A model generated the notes under the pieces. It saw only the letters and a program-made list of their open reading frames with translations, ran no database searches and had not been told where the DNA came from. A stretch of DNA of 64,000 bases from Ginglymostoma cirratum (lineage: Eukaryota). Location: NCBI GenBank assembly GCA_024137785.1, contig JAHRHZ010000039.1, positions 62,001 through 126,000 of the forward strand, given 5' to 3'. A program made the translations under genes and the position numbers. Shown here in pieces: positions 40,112-53,564 of this stretch (position 1 is the first letter of the stretch; every line of letters starts with the position of its first letter).

Positions 40112-40270
40112 TAAAAAAAAGTTCTGTCATGGGACATGGGCATTTCTGGAAAGACCAGCAATTGCTATCCAACCATGATTATTCGTGAACTGAATAGCTT
40201 ACTAAACCAGCCCAGAGGGCAGTTAAGTCAACTACATTGTCGTGGGTCGGGAGTCACTTGTAGATTAGTT
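40112..40270 (-). mobile_element. Fragment of the tRNA-headed SINE family
   Basis: cagagggcagttaagtcaactacattgtcgtgggtcgggagtcac is the reverse complement of the middle block. Confidence 0.65.
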
Positions 40271-43200
40271 CTTGGATTTTAGCAACTTATGAGATCAAAG
40301 TGTCTTATCACTTGAACCGGGTGGCAATCTAACCACTCCTTCTATAACTCCACCCAAATTGACAACAACTGAAATGCCAGCAAAGTCAGGGTGGCTAAAT
40401 GATCTGATGATAATTTTCGGTTCCTGCCAGGATGTTTACATTAAGCAGAGTTAAAATTAACTCAGAGATAGCAAGAACTGCAGATGCTACAGTCAGAGAC
40501 AACACAGGTTTCTGTTCCTTTCAAGTTTCTGTAATATTTTAAATCCTAAATCTTGACATTATTTCATGATTAGCCTCCCATCCCCAGCTGTAAGAAATAT
40601 TCAAAACCAAACTGTTTTTGATATCTGGGTTTGTCCATCACAATCAACTATTGAGTCAATGTGATTCACACATTTCCCAAGTCCAGTCAGGTTTATGCAA
40701 AATTGGAAAATCCCCATTCTTTCCTGTTCACCTAGAAGTTTCAATCAATGTCTATGAACCATTCAAATTATCTCTTACAGATTATGATACTGTTTTTGTT
40801 TTGCCATTTTTGTGCCATTTTTCATGTCATGTGTGTACATTGTCAGCGTCCAGTGCCATCATAAGTCAGTATCCTACTGCACTGCCTATATCATAGACAC
40901 TCTCTCCGTTTTGTTCTTGCTACGGGCAAGGGGTGTTGCCTCCCTCTTGAACTTGCTTTTCAGCTTTGGCTCGTGGTTTGCTTTGCCGAAGTTTGTCTCA
41001 CCGTGGCCCTGCTTCCAGATCTTGCAGCTTCCTGACCTTATCTCCACTTGGCACAGTCCCCCAACTTGCTCTGCCCTGGTCATGGTATTTTTTGGCCTCG
41101 GACTTCATCTTGCTCAGAGCTTGTTCTCTCTCTGGGCCTCATTCTTAAAACCCCCTGACCTCCTACTCCCAGCGTTGCTGTTCCCTGGCCTCACCTTCCA
41201 CCTTCCTTTATAACATGAGGCTCTAGATCTGGTTTTCCTTTCTCTGCTGGCTCTGCTCCTGAGTCCTCGCTTTCCATCTGAATTTGAACTGAGGTCCTAG
41301 GCTCCATCTAGTGGCAAATATTTTTCAGTGCATTTAGTCTGAGGATCCCAGATTGAGCAAGGTCAATCTTGCATGAGTATGGAAAATGACTTTTTCTTTG
41401 CATTTTTTTATTTTAAGTTATTTCATTTACCAACACAGCATCACAGCTATTTAATTTATTTATATTTCAATTTACAGGGTACAAATATAATGTTTTAATA
41501 CTTTTCTCTGCTGAATAACACTCTGTAGAACATAACTTGAATTTTAACATTGATTCCTATGAGAATCAATGCTTCACTTAAAGTTTTTTTGCATAAAGTT
41601 GCATGTTTCAAGAATGTAACCCAACTTTAGGTGAGGATTCCAGTACTCCAAAGTATAAATTATTCTTCTTGCAATTATTTTCCTTTATAATCTTCACCGC
41701 AGAAGGTGAAAAGGGACAGAATTTTAGTCCCTGTCTGCAAGTCTCTTTGTCTGTTGTCTGTAGATAATATATTTCAAAGCTAGTTGTTATATTTCAATGA
41801 AACCTGATACATTGATAGGGAAAATCCATTGAAGATCTGATTCATTTCTGCAACTATGCTGATTTGATCCTGGATTCTAAAGGATTGTTAACATTGGGAG
41901 ATCTGCAATGGCTTTTTGTTAGAATGTAGTGGGGTGTTTTATTTAGAATATTGCTGATCAATTTAAAATATTGTGGATTGTCTTAGCTGCTGAGATAGAA
42001 TTATTGTCATCCTATCTAAGTTACGAATTCGTTTAAGCAAACGAATTTCAAAACTGAGCACTATTCCTGGATGGGATAAGTACATACCCGTTATGATAGT
42101 TAACTAGATTTTATCAGGTCAGTATTTTTTGTGATTTATTCCAAGAGACAAAATTCCAGGGTTTCCCACTGCTGTGGTTTTCTCGTACATTAATTTCATG
42201 AAAGCCAAACGTGAACGAATCATAAGCTTTATGTTTTATTATATAAACTAAGCACAAATGTAACACACAAACACAAGGGAAACTTGATAAAACAACATCA
42301 AAGATTTTGAACTTTTAATTGCTTCAAAAACAGTTCTGAAGGAAGAAAAATGTAATCCCAAATTTAAAAATGTTGTAAAGCTAAACTTGCGTTGTTGTCA
42401 CATTCAATCACGGTGTCCCTGACACATCATAACTGCTATAAACCTGTAAAATAAACTAACGAGCCAGACCCTTGAAGACATGATGAACATAACATTAGAA
42501 CTAATTTAACTCTCATGAAACCGATTGGGCCACAATTTAATTGTTTGTACGGAAAAGGTTCGGGGATAAAAAAAATGAAATTGTCAGTTTTTTTAAAGTT
42601 AGTTTACAAAATATTCTTTGTACTAGAGATCAGGTTGATATAAAATATTATTTGTGTTGTCTACAAAGATAACCTGTATTGACGAAATAACTGATACGTT
42701 GACTGATGCCTTAAGCCGCATTGACTTTCTGTTGAGATGAATGTAATAGCTGTGGTGGTGGCCCTGCAAACACAGGGCCAATCCTGCCATGACCACTCTA
42801 GGACCTCTGATGGGATTCTGTCATTCAAGTGGCTACCTGCCTCCATATCTTTAAAGGTGAATAGCCTCCCCTAAGACACTCATCATCCCACAGCAGACCT
42901 GGATCAATGTTCATGGAGAATGTCTAGAAACACAGGTGACTGGTTAGGTTCAATGGGGCTGATCAGGCAGCCCCAATGTGGTGGGAGTGAGAGTCACTGC
43001 GGGTGGCAGGGGTGGCAGTTCCTGATGTAGTGGAGTTCCCTCCTGGCATTACAGAGTGTCTGAATACAGAATGCCACCAGCTTTTACTAGGTATGGTGTA
43101 CCAAACCTTGCCACTGGCAGAATGCCTGCGGCGGCCTGAAGAAGCCCTTACATACATTGCCATGTATTAATGGCCTCACTTGGCCTCTAGATGGAAAGTA

Positions 43201-43397
43201 GATCCGAGATCTTCACCACCCCTGTCTCATTGGGAGCTGTCAGAAATGTGTCGGAAATCTGCTCCATGCTATCCTGGCTGATTATATGGTGCCCCTGCTA
43301 TCCATTTCACTCCGAGGTGGGTGGTTGTGAATAGAAAGTAAATCAATTCTCTTATTATCCTTATTTTGAAGCAAACCGTATAAATCTGAAATGGGAT

Positions 43398-43496
43398 TCA
43401 TTTCTGAAGAAGGGTCTAGGCCCGGAACATCAGCCTTCCTGCTCCTCTGATGCTGATTGGCCTGCTCTGTTCATCCAGCTCTACACCTTGTTATCT
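43398..43496 (+). mobile_element. Solo Penelope terminal repeat
   Basis: tttctgaagaagggtctaggcccggaacatcagc...ctctacaccttgttatct, a near copy of 17376-17475. Confidence 0.85.
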
Positions 43497-43568
43497 GGCA
43501 TTTGAAAGCCTCATTTATCAACTTCATTTATGAACTTATTTCTAGCAAATAAAGTAATAATAGTGGGA

Positions 43569-45004
43569 GAGAGTTCATTCACTTCACTAACACCTTCCAC
43601 CCCAACCTTAAGTTCACCTGGACAATCTCCGATACCTCTCTCTCCTTTCTGGACCTCTCTGTTTCCATCTCTGGCAACCGCCTGGAAACCGATATCCATT
43701 TCAAGCCTACCAACTCCCAAAGCTACCTAGAATACACCTCCTCTCACCCACCTTCCTGCAAAAATGCCATCCCCTATTCCCAATTCCTTCGCCTCTGCCG
43801 CATCGGCTCCCAAGATGAGGCATTCCACTCCCGGCCATCCCAGATATCCTCATTTTTCAAGGACCGCAACTTCCCCTCTATAGTGGTCGAAAACACCCTT
43901 GACCATGTCTCTTGCATTTCCCACAACTCATCCCTCAAACTCCATCCCTGCAATAACAACCAAAACAGAATCCCCCTCATCCTCACGTACCACCCCACCA
44001 ACATCCAGATCCAACACATCATCCTCTGGCACTTCCGCCATCTGCAATCTGACCCCACTACCAAAGACATTTTTCCCTCCCCACCCTTATCTGTCTTCCG
44101 GAGGGACCACTGTCTCCGTGACTTCCTTGTCCGCTCCACACTCCCCACCAGCCCCACCACACCCGGCACTTTTCCCTGCATCTGCAGGAAGTCCTACACC
44201 TGCCCCTATGCCACCCCTTTACCCCCTTTCCAGGCCCCAAGAAGACCTTCCACATCAAGCAGATGTTCACCTGCACATCTGCTATTGTGGTATGTCGTAT
44301 CTGCTGTTCCCGATGTGGCCACCTCTACATTGGGGAAACCAAGTGGAGGCTTGGAGACCGCTTTGTGGAACACCTACGCTCGGTTCACGACAACCAACTG
44401 CACCTCCCAGTCGTGAACCATTTCAACTCCCCCTCCCACTCCTTGGATGAAATGTCCATCCTGGGCCTCCTGCAGTGCCACAACAATGCCACTCGAAGGT
44501 TGCAGGAACAGCATGTCATATTTCGCTTGGGAACCCTGCAGCCCAATGGTATCAACGTGGACTTCACAAGCTTCAAAATCTCCCCTCCCCCGACTGCATC
44601 CCAAAACCAGTCCAGCTCGTCCCCGCCTCCCTAACCTGTCCGTCCTTCCTCCCACCTAGCCAAGCCTTCCACATTAAGCCCCACCCCCACCTCCTACCTA
44701 CCAGCCTCATCCCGCCTCCTTGACCTGTCTGTTCTCCCTGGACTGACGTATCCCCACCCTAACTCCCCACCTACACTCACCTTTACTGGCTCCATCCCCG
44801 CTTCTTTGGCCTGTCTGTCTCCTCTCCACCTATCTGCTCTTTTATCCAACTTCCATCCACCTCCCCCTCTCTTTCTATTTATTTCAGAGTTCTCTTCTCC
44901 TCCCACATTTCTGCAGAAGGGTCCAGACCCAAAATGTCAGCTTTCCTGCTCCTCTGATGCTGCTTGGCCTGCTGTGTTCATCCAGCTCTACACCTTGTTA
45001 TCTT
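43569..45004 (+). mobile_element. 5'-truncated Penelope-like element (RT C-terminus + GIY-YIG endonuclease) with 14-bp TSD
   Basis: ORF 44263-44634 VVCRICCSRCGHLYIGETKWRLGDRFVEH; frameshifted; TSD taataatagtggga at 43555-43568 and 45005-45018. Confidence 0.95.
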
Positions 45005-46059
45005 TAATAATAGTGGGATGTTGGTTTGCATAAATCCTGTTGGCCCAATGAAAAATTGTCGCGTCTTACCTGCTTTTCTCAAGAGACTTGAGGTGAGATT
45101 CTCACCAGAGCACAGTAAGTTCTCAAATGACACTATTTTGTTTGTTAATCAGCTTGTTAATAGCTCAACTCACCCCAGATTGCGACCTTTCTGAACTCAC
45201 CCTGCAAACAAAATCAGGTGATATGGGTGGAGTGAAACACTGAGCAGACAGTTCAGTGGTCTTGACCACAGGTTTACTAAGATTATCCTTTTGCTGCTTC
45301 TCAATCTTCTCTCTCCAGGTAAATTCACTTGTTTGCGGGAGGCAGAATGTGACTGATTCACACTTTTAAAGGTCTCTGATGTATTAATTAAAAAATCACA
45401 CCTTACAGGAATTGATGAAGGCAAATAAATCTTCTATCTTCAGGCTTGAGGTGCTTTTAACTGCAGAACAAAACAGCTTCTTCCTTTTTGGAAGTCCATT
45501 GCATCTGACCAGAATATTTACAGCCTGAAGCCATACAATTACCTGGGAACTAATCATACAGTTGTTAGCAGGCAAAAGACCTTCGTCATCAATAACTGGT
45601 CATTATTTCACAAACAAATCAGTTACCTTTTTCCGAGCTGATGCTCCATTTATCCATAGGCTCCCGGCTCCAACTTGTCTGAAACTGGATTTTCCTTTTG
45701 AACCAACAGCCATGTAAGCAGCACTTACAATGAGTGTCAGGCAACTTGCTTTTAAAAAGTGAAATAATCTGCTGTTATATCAGTTTTTTACCCATTTCAG
45801 TCCACAATCAAAAATAAGGAAAAATAAAAAGATATGGACTTTACAGTCTCTTCTGTTCCTTTTGATACAGCTTGTTAACCAGCTCCTAGCACTCAGAGCA
45901 AGAGAATCATTTACCTGCAATGCAGGGGTGATTAATAGATGGTTCTTTAACTCTTCAACACAGACCACCAGTGCTCAAACCCAGGCTACTACACTTGAGT
46001 ACCTCAATCCACCAGATCACAAAAGTGGGGAAAATGCAAACACAGCTCGACCTCAAACT

Positions 46060-46150
46060 GAGATAAAACGTTGTGGAGCTGGATGAACACAACAGGCCGA
46101 ACAGCATCAGAGGAGCAGGAAAGTTGATGTTTTGGGTCGAGACCCTTCTT
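46060..46150 (-). mobile_element. Solo Penelope terminal repeat
   Basis: gagataaaacgttgtggagctggatgaacac...gggtcgagacccttcttc; imperfect flanking duplication ac(c/t)tcaaactg. Confidence 0.8.
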
Positions 46151-46390
46151 CTCTACTTCAAACTGTTTTCTTTACCATCAACCTAACATTTCACTAGCCA
46201 AGGATGTACATTGCATCTCTCTGAAGTCTCTGACTCCAGCAATGCAGAATCCTGGGCAACATCCTTGGCCATTAAAAGTTCAAATTTCCCAGGTAGTTCC
46301 TTGGGAGGTCAGATATGTCTATATGTTTTGCTTTTGGGGCACAATCTGGAGGATTTGCATCAATGTGACTTTCCTATTAGGCCTTGAGTT

Positions 46391-48326
46391 GAGAGATAAA
46401 AGGTACTGCGGATGCTGGAGAATCCGAGATAACAAGCATGGGGCTGGATGAACACAGCAGGTCAAGCAGCATCATAGGAGCAGGAAAACTAGACGTTTCG
46501 GGCCTAAACCCTTCATCAGAAATGGGGGAGGGGAAGAGGGTTCTGAAATAAATAGGGAGAGAGGGGGAGTTGGATAGAGGATGGATAGAGGAGAGGATAG
46601 GTGGAGAGGAGACAGACAAGTCAAAGAGGCGGGGATGGAGTCAGTAAAGGTGAGTGTAGGTAGGGGGGTAGGGAGGAGATAGGTCAGTCCAGGGAGGACG
46701 GACAGGTCAAAGGGGCGGGATGATGTTAGTAGATAGGAGATGGGGGTGTGGCTTGAGGTGAGAGGAAAAACAGGTTAGGGAGGTGGAGATGAGCTGGGCT
46801 GGTTTTGGGATGCGGTTGGGGGAGGGGAGATTTTGAAGCTTGTGAAATCCACATTGATGCCATTGGGCTGCAGGGTTCCCAGGCTGAATATGATTTGCTG
46901 TTCCTGCAACCTTCGGGTGGCATCACTGTGGCATTGCAGGAGGCCCAGGATGGACATGTCATCTGAGGAATGGGAGGGGGAGTTGAAATGGTTCGCGACT
47001 GGGAGGTGCAGTTGTTTGTTGCGAACTGAGCGCAGGTGTTCTGCAAAGCGGTCCCCAAGCCTCCGCTTGGTTTCCCCGATGTAGAGGAAGCCACAACTGG
47101 TACAGCGGATGCAGTATACCACATTGGCAGATGTGCAGGTGAACATCTGCCTGATGTGGAAAGTCTTCTTGGGGCCTGGGATTGGGGTGAGGGAGGAGGT
47201 GTGGGGGCAGGTGTAGCACTTCCTGCGGTTACAAGGAAAAGTGCCGGGTGTGGTGGGGCTGGAGGGGAGTGTGGAGCGGACAAGGGAGTCGCGGAGGGAG
47301 TGGTCCCTCCGGAAGGCAGATAAGGGTGGGGAGGGAAAAATGTCTTTGGTGGTCGGGTCAGATTGCAGATGGCGGAAGTGTCGGAGGATGATGCGTTGGA
47401 TCCGGAGGTTGGTGGGGTGGTATGTGAGGATGAGGGGGATTCTTTTTTGGTTATTATTGCGGGGACGGGGCATGAGGGATGTGTTCCGGGAAATGCGGGA
47501 GACATGGTCGAGAGCGTTCTCGACCACTGTGGGGGGGAAGTTGCGGTCCTTGAAGAATGAGGACATTTGAGATGTACGGGAGTGGAATGTCTCATCCTGG
47601 GAGCATATGCGGCAGAGGCGAAGGAATTGGGAATAGGGGATGGCACTTTTGCAGGAGGGTGGGTGGGAGGAGGTGTATTCCAGGTAGCTGTGGGAGTCAG
47701 TGGGCTTGAAATGGACATCTGTTTCTCGGTGGTTTCATGAGATGGAGACAGAGAGGTCCAGGAAGGAGAGAGAAGTGTTGGAGATGGTCCAGGTGAACTT
47801 CAGGTTGGGGTGGAAGGTGTTGGTGAAGTGGATGAACTGTTCGAGCTCCTTGTGGGAGCACGAGGCGGCGCCGATGCAGTCATCAATGTAACGGAGGAAG
47901 AGGTGGGGTTTAGGGCCAGTGTAGGTACGGAAGAGGGATTGTTCCACGTAACCTACAAAGAGGCAGGCATAGCTTGGGCCCATGCGGGTACACTTGGCCA
48001 CCCCCTTTGTCTGTAGGAAGTGGGAGGAATTGAAAGAAAAGTTGTTGAGGGTGAGGACGAGTTTGGCTAAGCAGATGAGGGTGTCGGTGGAGGGGGATTG
48101 GTCAGTTCTGCGGGACAGGAGAAGCGGAGGGCCTTTAGGCCATCAGCATGGGGAATACAGGTGTATAGGGACTGGACGTCCATAGTAAAAATGAGGTGTT
48201 GGGGACCGGGGAATTGGAAGTTCTGGAGGAGGTGAAGGGCATGGGTGGTGTCACAGACGTAGGTAGGGAGTTCCTGGACCAAGGGGGTGAAAATGGAGTC
48301 CAGGTAGGTGGAGATGAGTTCGGTGG
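46391..48326 (-). mobile_element. 5'-truncated Penelope-like element (RT + GIY-YIG)
   Basis: RT motifs FTMDVQSLYT (48067-48357) and FLRYIDD (47735-48001); ORF 46775-47566 has a Cys cluster CNRRKCYTCPH and NVVYCIRCTSCGFLYIGETKRRLGDRFAEH; frameshifts present. Confidence 0.95.
46492..46519 (-). ncRNA. Minimal hammerhead ribozyme core in Penelope terminal repeat
   Basis: Minus strand CTGATGA-a-gggt(ttag)gccc-GAAAC-GTC; helix I poorly formed in this copy. Confidence 0.5.
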
Positions 48327-50620
48327 AAATCAACTTGCAACTGAGCAAACTGACCACTTGGTGGCACTTCCCTACAAATTGCTCAAATTACATGTAAAAA
48401 TTTCTTCTGAATATTTTTATGGAGTAATTTTTTTCCTCAGTAACTGAAACTTCTTTCATCCAAAATAATGATCTAAACAGAATTTTTAAAATTAAAACAA
48501 AATTTCTCAAACTCACTATAACATTTACATATTGAAACTTTTATGTCTGTGTTTTGCTGAGGTCCCTGACTCTCCCAAGATCTAGGTCTAGGACTTAGAC
48601 TTTGCCCAAAACTGTAGCATTGTGATGTGAATTTGGATTCTGCAGCCAAAGAACTGCATGGTATCTATCTTCCTGTTAGCAGCAGTTCCCTTCATAGCTC
48701 AATCTTTCTTCAAATTTAAGCAGTTGCTACCAGATAATTTTTCTTCAAATGGTTTTGATAAACAGTGTCGACTGTACAACACAGCAGAGTTTTAGCATGA
48801 GGCTTTATTGAAGTCACGTTTATGCTGCCTCTGTACAGGGTGTGTGGGTTATGGTAGCGGCCGCATGACAATGGCAGATGAGAACAGGCATATCCTGCAG
48901 TTGCAATGGTATATCTAGTCATTTGCTTCCACCACATGAGATTGAAGAGACAATTGCTTCACACAGGACTCTGGCTGCCATGCAAACTGACATTAGTTGA
49001 GAATATTAAATGTTTGTACTCTCTCTAAGTCTCCAATACTCAACCCTGCTAATGGCCTGGCAGGCTTGTCAGATGAAATTTGGCTCTCTGCCACTTCACC
49101 TTTATCTTTTCACTCACAGCTGGTTTCAGTAGCTTTTGTACTCTTGGAAGAATAGTTTGTATTAGTTTGATATTCATCTTTGTAATGGACCATGTTCCAT
49201 GCCTTGCGTAAGTGTGTTTTGCCACTTTTGGATCCCTGATTCCTAACGCAATCCTGTCTCTAATTAGCTCACCCCTTTAATTGAGCTAATTCACAGATGC
49301 TGCAGGATCTGTGTGCATAGCCGGTAACTCTGTCCAGACCAGTCGCTGGAAGAATTCTCAGTTCTGTCTCATATTCCCAGTGATTTGAACAAGAGCTGGT
49401 AGGGGAAAAGCTGCATCCATGTTGTCTTTAGCAGATTTTCACTGTGATCTTTGTTCTTTCACTTTCAATGGCAGCACACAACTCTGCAGCTGTGCTTTTT
49501 GTGTCGGGTCTGGGCATTCACTGCGTCTGACTCCGTATTGCAAATGTACAACACAGCAATGTGTTAAACACAAGGACATTAATAAAATAGGCCTTAAGAT
49601 GTCTGCCTACAAGGTGTGTGCTTATTATAGAGATCATGTGACTGCAGCAGACTAGGACAGATATTTGTTCATGATTGCATTTCAACTGAAACACAAAATA
49701 ATGGGTGTGTTAATTTCGCTTTTTGGACAGGGACCTACAGGGCAGCGCAGAAGAAAGATGTCATCTACTGACAACCATGACAACTTCCTGACTTTGTCTT
49801 TATGCTCAATGGAAAGGTAAGACAGAAGTACTGTGAACCTTAAATCTCTGACTGAGGGGGAAAAGTGCATGAAGGAAAGGAGGCAATACTGTAAGCATTT
49901 AGATAGGATCAGGCTGAGTGAGCACTAAAAGCGCAAGAAAACAGCCCTGCGATGCAGCTGGGTCCAAACCATGAGCTGGGTGCCTCCCTCTTCATGCAGA
50001 AGCATTGATAGCTGTTGGTGTATCCAAGTTGCAGCTTTAAAGTTCAGAAATGTCCTGTAAGTGGATTGGAGACAGGCCATGATGGCATGGGAAGGCTGGC
50101 AAGCATCTGATGTTTGTGCACATTGATGCATGCAGCAGGTGCCCACAGAGTGAGCCCTGAGATGTTGATGCTGGGCGTTCATTCTGTAGGTTCAGAAGTG
50201 GAAGCAGTGTGCTGGAGTCATCAGGTCCCTGCTCTGACCTTTATGCTGAGAATTCTTAGCATCAGGTTTCTTTTCAGCAGGTAGTAGGATAGGAAGCTGC
50301 ATAAAAATGAGGTTGGTGTGTATTTATGAGTCTGACAATGAGAAATAATTTCCCTTAATATGGATCGCACCACTGCCTAGCCCTAATCTTGTTTTAAAGC
50401 CCAGAATTCAGTTGTAAAATGTATTAGGTTGCTCCCAACATCGAGAAAGGCCTTGCTGGGGTTACGCAATTCTCCTATGTTTCTCGCCATCGTCCAAGTT
50501 GTTCAGGCCCTTATAAGTTTCTGCCACAACATCCTTGTAAACACCTGAAAAACTTTCTGGCTCTTTTAAAAAAATATTTTGTTGTGTGAATATGTACATT
50601 TGTATGTGTGTACAAGTGTT

Positions 50621-52087
50621 TGAGAGTCAGGGAGGGTCCCAGAGGCTGGAAAATCACTAACGTAACCCCGTGCTTAAGAAGGGAGTAAGGCAAAAAATGG
50701 GAAATTACAGGCTAATTAGCCTGACCCTGGTCATTGGAGTCCATTGTGAAGGATGAGATTTCTGAATACTTGGAAGTCCATGGTAAAATAGGGCAAAGTC
50801 AGCATGGCTTCATCAAGGGGAGGTCATGCCTGGCAAATCAGTTAGAATACTTTGAGGAGGTAAGAGCAGGTTAGACCAAGGAGAGCCAGTGGATGTTATC
50901 TACCTGGACTTCCAGAAGGCCTTTGACAAGGTGCCAGGGAGGAGGTTGCTGAGTAAGTTAAGTGCACATGGTGTTAGAGGCAAGGTACTGGTTGGGTAGA
51001 AGATTGGCTGTCTGGCAGAAAGCAGAGAGTCGGGATAAAAGGGTCTTTCTCAGGTATGGCAACCAAGTGGTGTTCCACAAGGGTCAGTGTTGGGACCACA
51101 ACTTTTCACTTTATACATTAATGATCTGGATGAAGGAACTGAGGGGATTCTGGCTATGTTTGCAGACGATACAAAGGTAGGTAGAGGGACTGGTAGTATT
51201 GAGAATGCAGGAGGCTGCAGAAGGATTTAGACAGGTTAGGAAGTGGGCAAAGAAGTACAGGTGGAATACACATGGGAAAGCGTGAGGTCATTCACTTTGG
51301 CAGGACAAATAAAGGCATGGACTATTTTTTAAATGGGGAGAAAATTCTGAAATCTGAAGTGCAAAGGGAATTGAAAGTTCTCGTCCAGGATTCTCTTAAG
51401 GAAAACTTGCAGATTGAGTCAGTAGTTAGGAAGGCAAATACAGTATTAGTATTTATTTTGAGAGGACTGGAATATAAAAGCAGGGATGTACTTCTGAGGC
51501 TTAATAAGGCTCTGGTCAGACCACATTTAGAGTATTGTGAGCAATTTTGGGTCCCATATCTCAGGAAAGATGGACTGGCCCTGGCACGGGTTCAGAGGAG
51601 GTCCACAACAGTGATCCCAGGAAAGAAAGGCTTAACAAATGAGGACTGTTTGAGGACTCTGGGTCTATATGTTGATGGAGTTTAGAAGGATGAGGGGAGA
51701 TCTAATTGAAACTTATATAATACTGAACAGCCTGGACAGAGTGGACATTGGGAAGATGTTTCCATTGGTAGGAGAGACGAGGACCTGGGGCACAGCCTTG
51801 GAGTAAAGGGAAGACCTTTCAGAACGGAGGTAAGGAGACACTTCTTCAGCCAGAGAGTGGTGAATCTATGTAACTCACTGCCACAAAAGGCTGTGGAGGC
51901 CAGGTCGTTGAATATATTTAAGACAGAGATAGGTAGGTTCTTGATTGTCAATGGAGTCAAGGGTTATGGGGAGAAAGCAGGAGAATGGGGTTGAGAAACT
52001 CATCAGCCATGATTGAATGGTGGATTAGACTTGATGAGCCGAATGGCCTAATTCCTGCGCCTATGTAGTTATGGTCTTATGGTCTTA
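50621..52087 (+). mobile_element. CR1-clade LINE, RT to 3' end
   Basis: QHGFIKGRSCL, YLDFQKAFDKVP, GVPQGSVLGP, FADD motif, LVRPHLEYCEQFW; tandem tatggtct tail. Confidence 0.95.
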
Positions 52088-53564
52088 CACTGTACGGATT
52101 GATTGTGGTTGTGGCTTGTGTGTTCTATAAACTTCGGGATCTGCACTGAGCAGGGAAGTGTGAAATTGCAATAAAGATTTGAGCAAAAATAAAGTAAATA
52201 TAAAGGGGAAACAGAGACATGTTCTTCAGGGTAATGTTAGCTCAAAAACACATAGGTTAACTGATGAGGCAATTGTTAACATGTACGTGAAGGTAGTAGA
52301 AAGAAGAGATAAAGGCACAAAGAGTTTCATGGTTGAAGACACTAATTCTGGAACAAACCATGTGGGTGATGAGAAATTTGGATTTCTGAGCAGTAGAGTT
52401 TATAACTAACTTGTTTCAAAGTGACTGAAAATTTAGCCAACATAGGCCACAAAACCACATGAAATGGCTCTTTTTTATATAAATAGAATTTAGCTACGAA
52501 GGGTTTGACCCAGTTTGAATTTTAAAATAATTTACTACTCATCCATGCAAGTTATAATAGCAATAATTGTCATAGCACTTCTAATTAGATAAGTACATTA
52601 TTAAATGTGTTCCTGATAATTATATAATTGACATCATTTTACCTTTGCCTTTATTCACTGAGCCATAATATTGCTCATTCTTATTGTTCACTCTTTTGTT
52701 CCATATGTATTTCAATCCAGCACCTAAACAATTGAGTATTTTTTGTTGAACTTTAATGACTGTAAAAGCGACTGTGTATTTCCGGCAGTTCATGTTTATA
52801 TTTCAGATTTCCAATATTTCCAATATGTTCCCTTTATTTTCATATTTTCTACGTGGCTACAGTGGGCATTCTGGTTCTCCCAGCTGATATTTATGTATGG
52901 AAATACAATTGGTCTACGTAATCTATTTGGAGCCAATATGCTGAGTTGCACCCATCAATAGCAGCATTATAATTAACTATCTCAGTACAATTAAAGCACT
53001 GTTATGCTTGAGCATTAAGATTCTCTCTGCTACTTATGTAAATAATTGACTTCGGTATCCATTCAGATTGGAGTAATTTTAATTAAACACATATGTTTTT
53101 ATTTTAAAGCAATGATTAATTTGTACTTGAAGAACATTAAACAGGCTAAAAGACCTATTGTAATTTTAAGATGTACACACATCTATACTTATTTACTAGA
53201 CAAGAGTAAAATTTGATTCACATTGTGTCAAACTATTTACTTGTATATTAATCCTGCCCGTAATCTACTTACACCATCCCCTTTTATCACCTACTTGGAT
53301 GAGATTTTTTCAAAAGATATGGTTGCTGTTTCTCCTGGTCAAATGTTTCATTATTGCTCATCTTATGCTTTGTGAGAATAGAATTGTCTAAATTAATAGA
53401 CCATGAGTAATCAAGTAAATACGATAATGGTTGAAACAATATTATTTAGAATTCCAAACAGATTCACGAAGTCAGAAGACTATTTAGCATGGTGTCTCTT
53501 ATTTTGTTATTAATTACAAGAAGAACATGAAACAACATTTTACACTGTCTTTCTTTACTGACAG

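Noticed and set aside
42669-42740. CpG-retaining short open frame ITCIDEITDTLTDALSRIDFLLR*
   Set aside because: Open on both strands with weak splice signals; cannot be distinguished from chance.
46726-47718. 330-aa Pro/Ser/Thr-rich ORF and other overlapping ORFs at 43.5-48.4 kb
   Set aside because: These are alternative or antisense frames of the C-rich Penelope sequence, not host genes.
49262-49291. 10-bp perfect inverted repeat aattagctca/tgagctaatt
   Set aside because: Short, AT-rich and isolated; plausible by chance.
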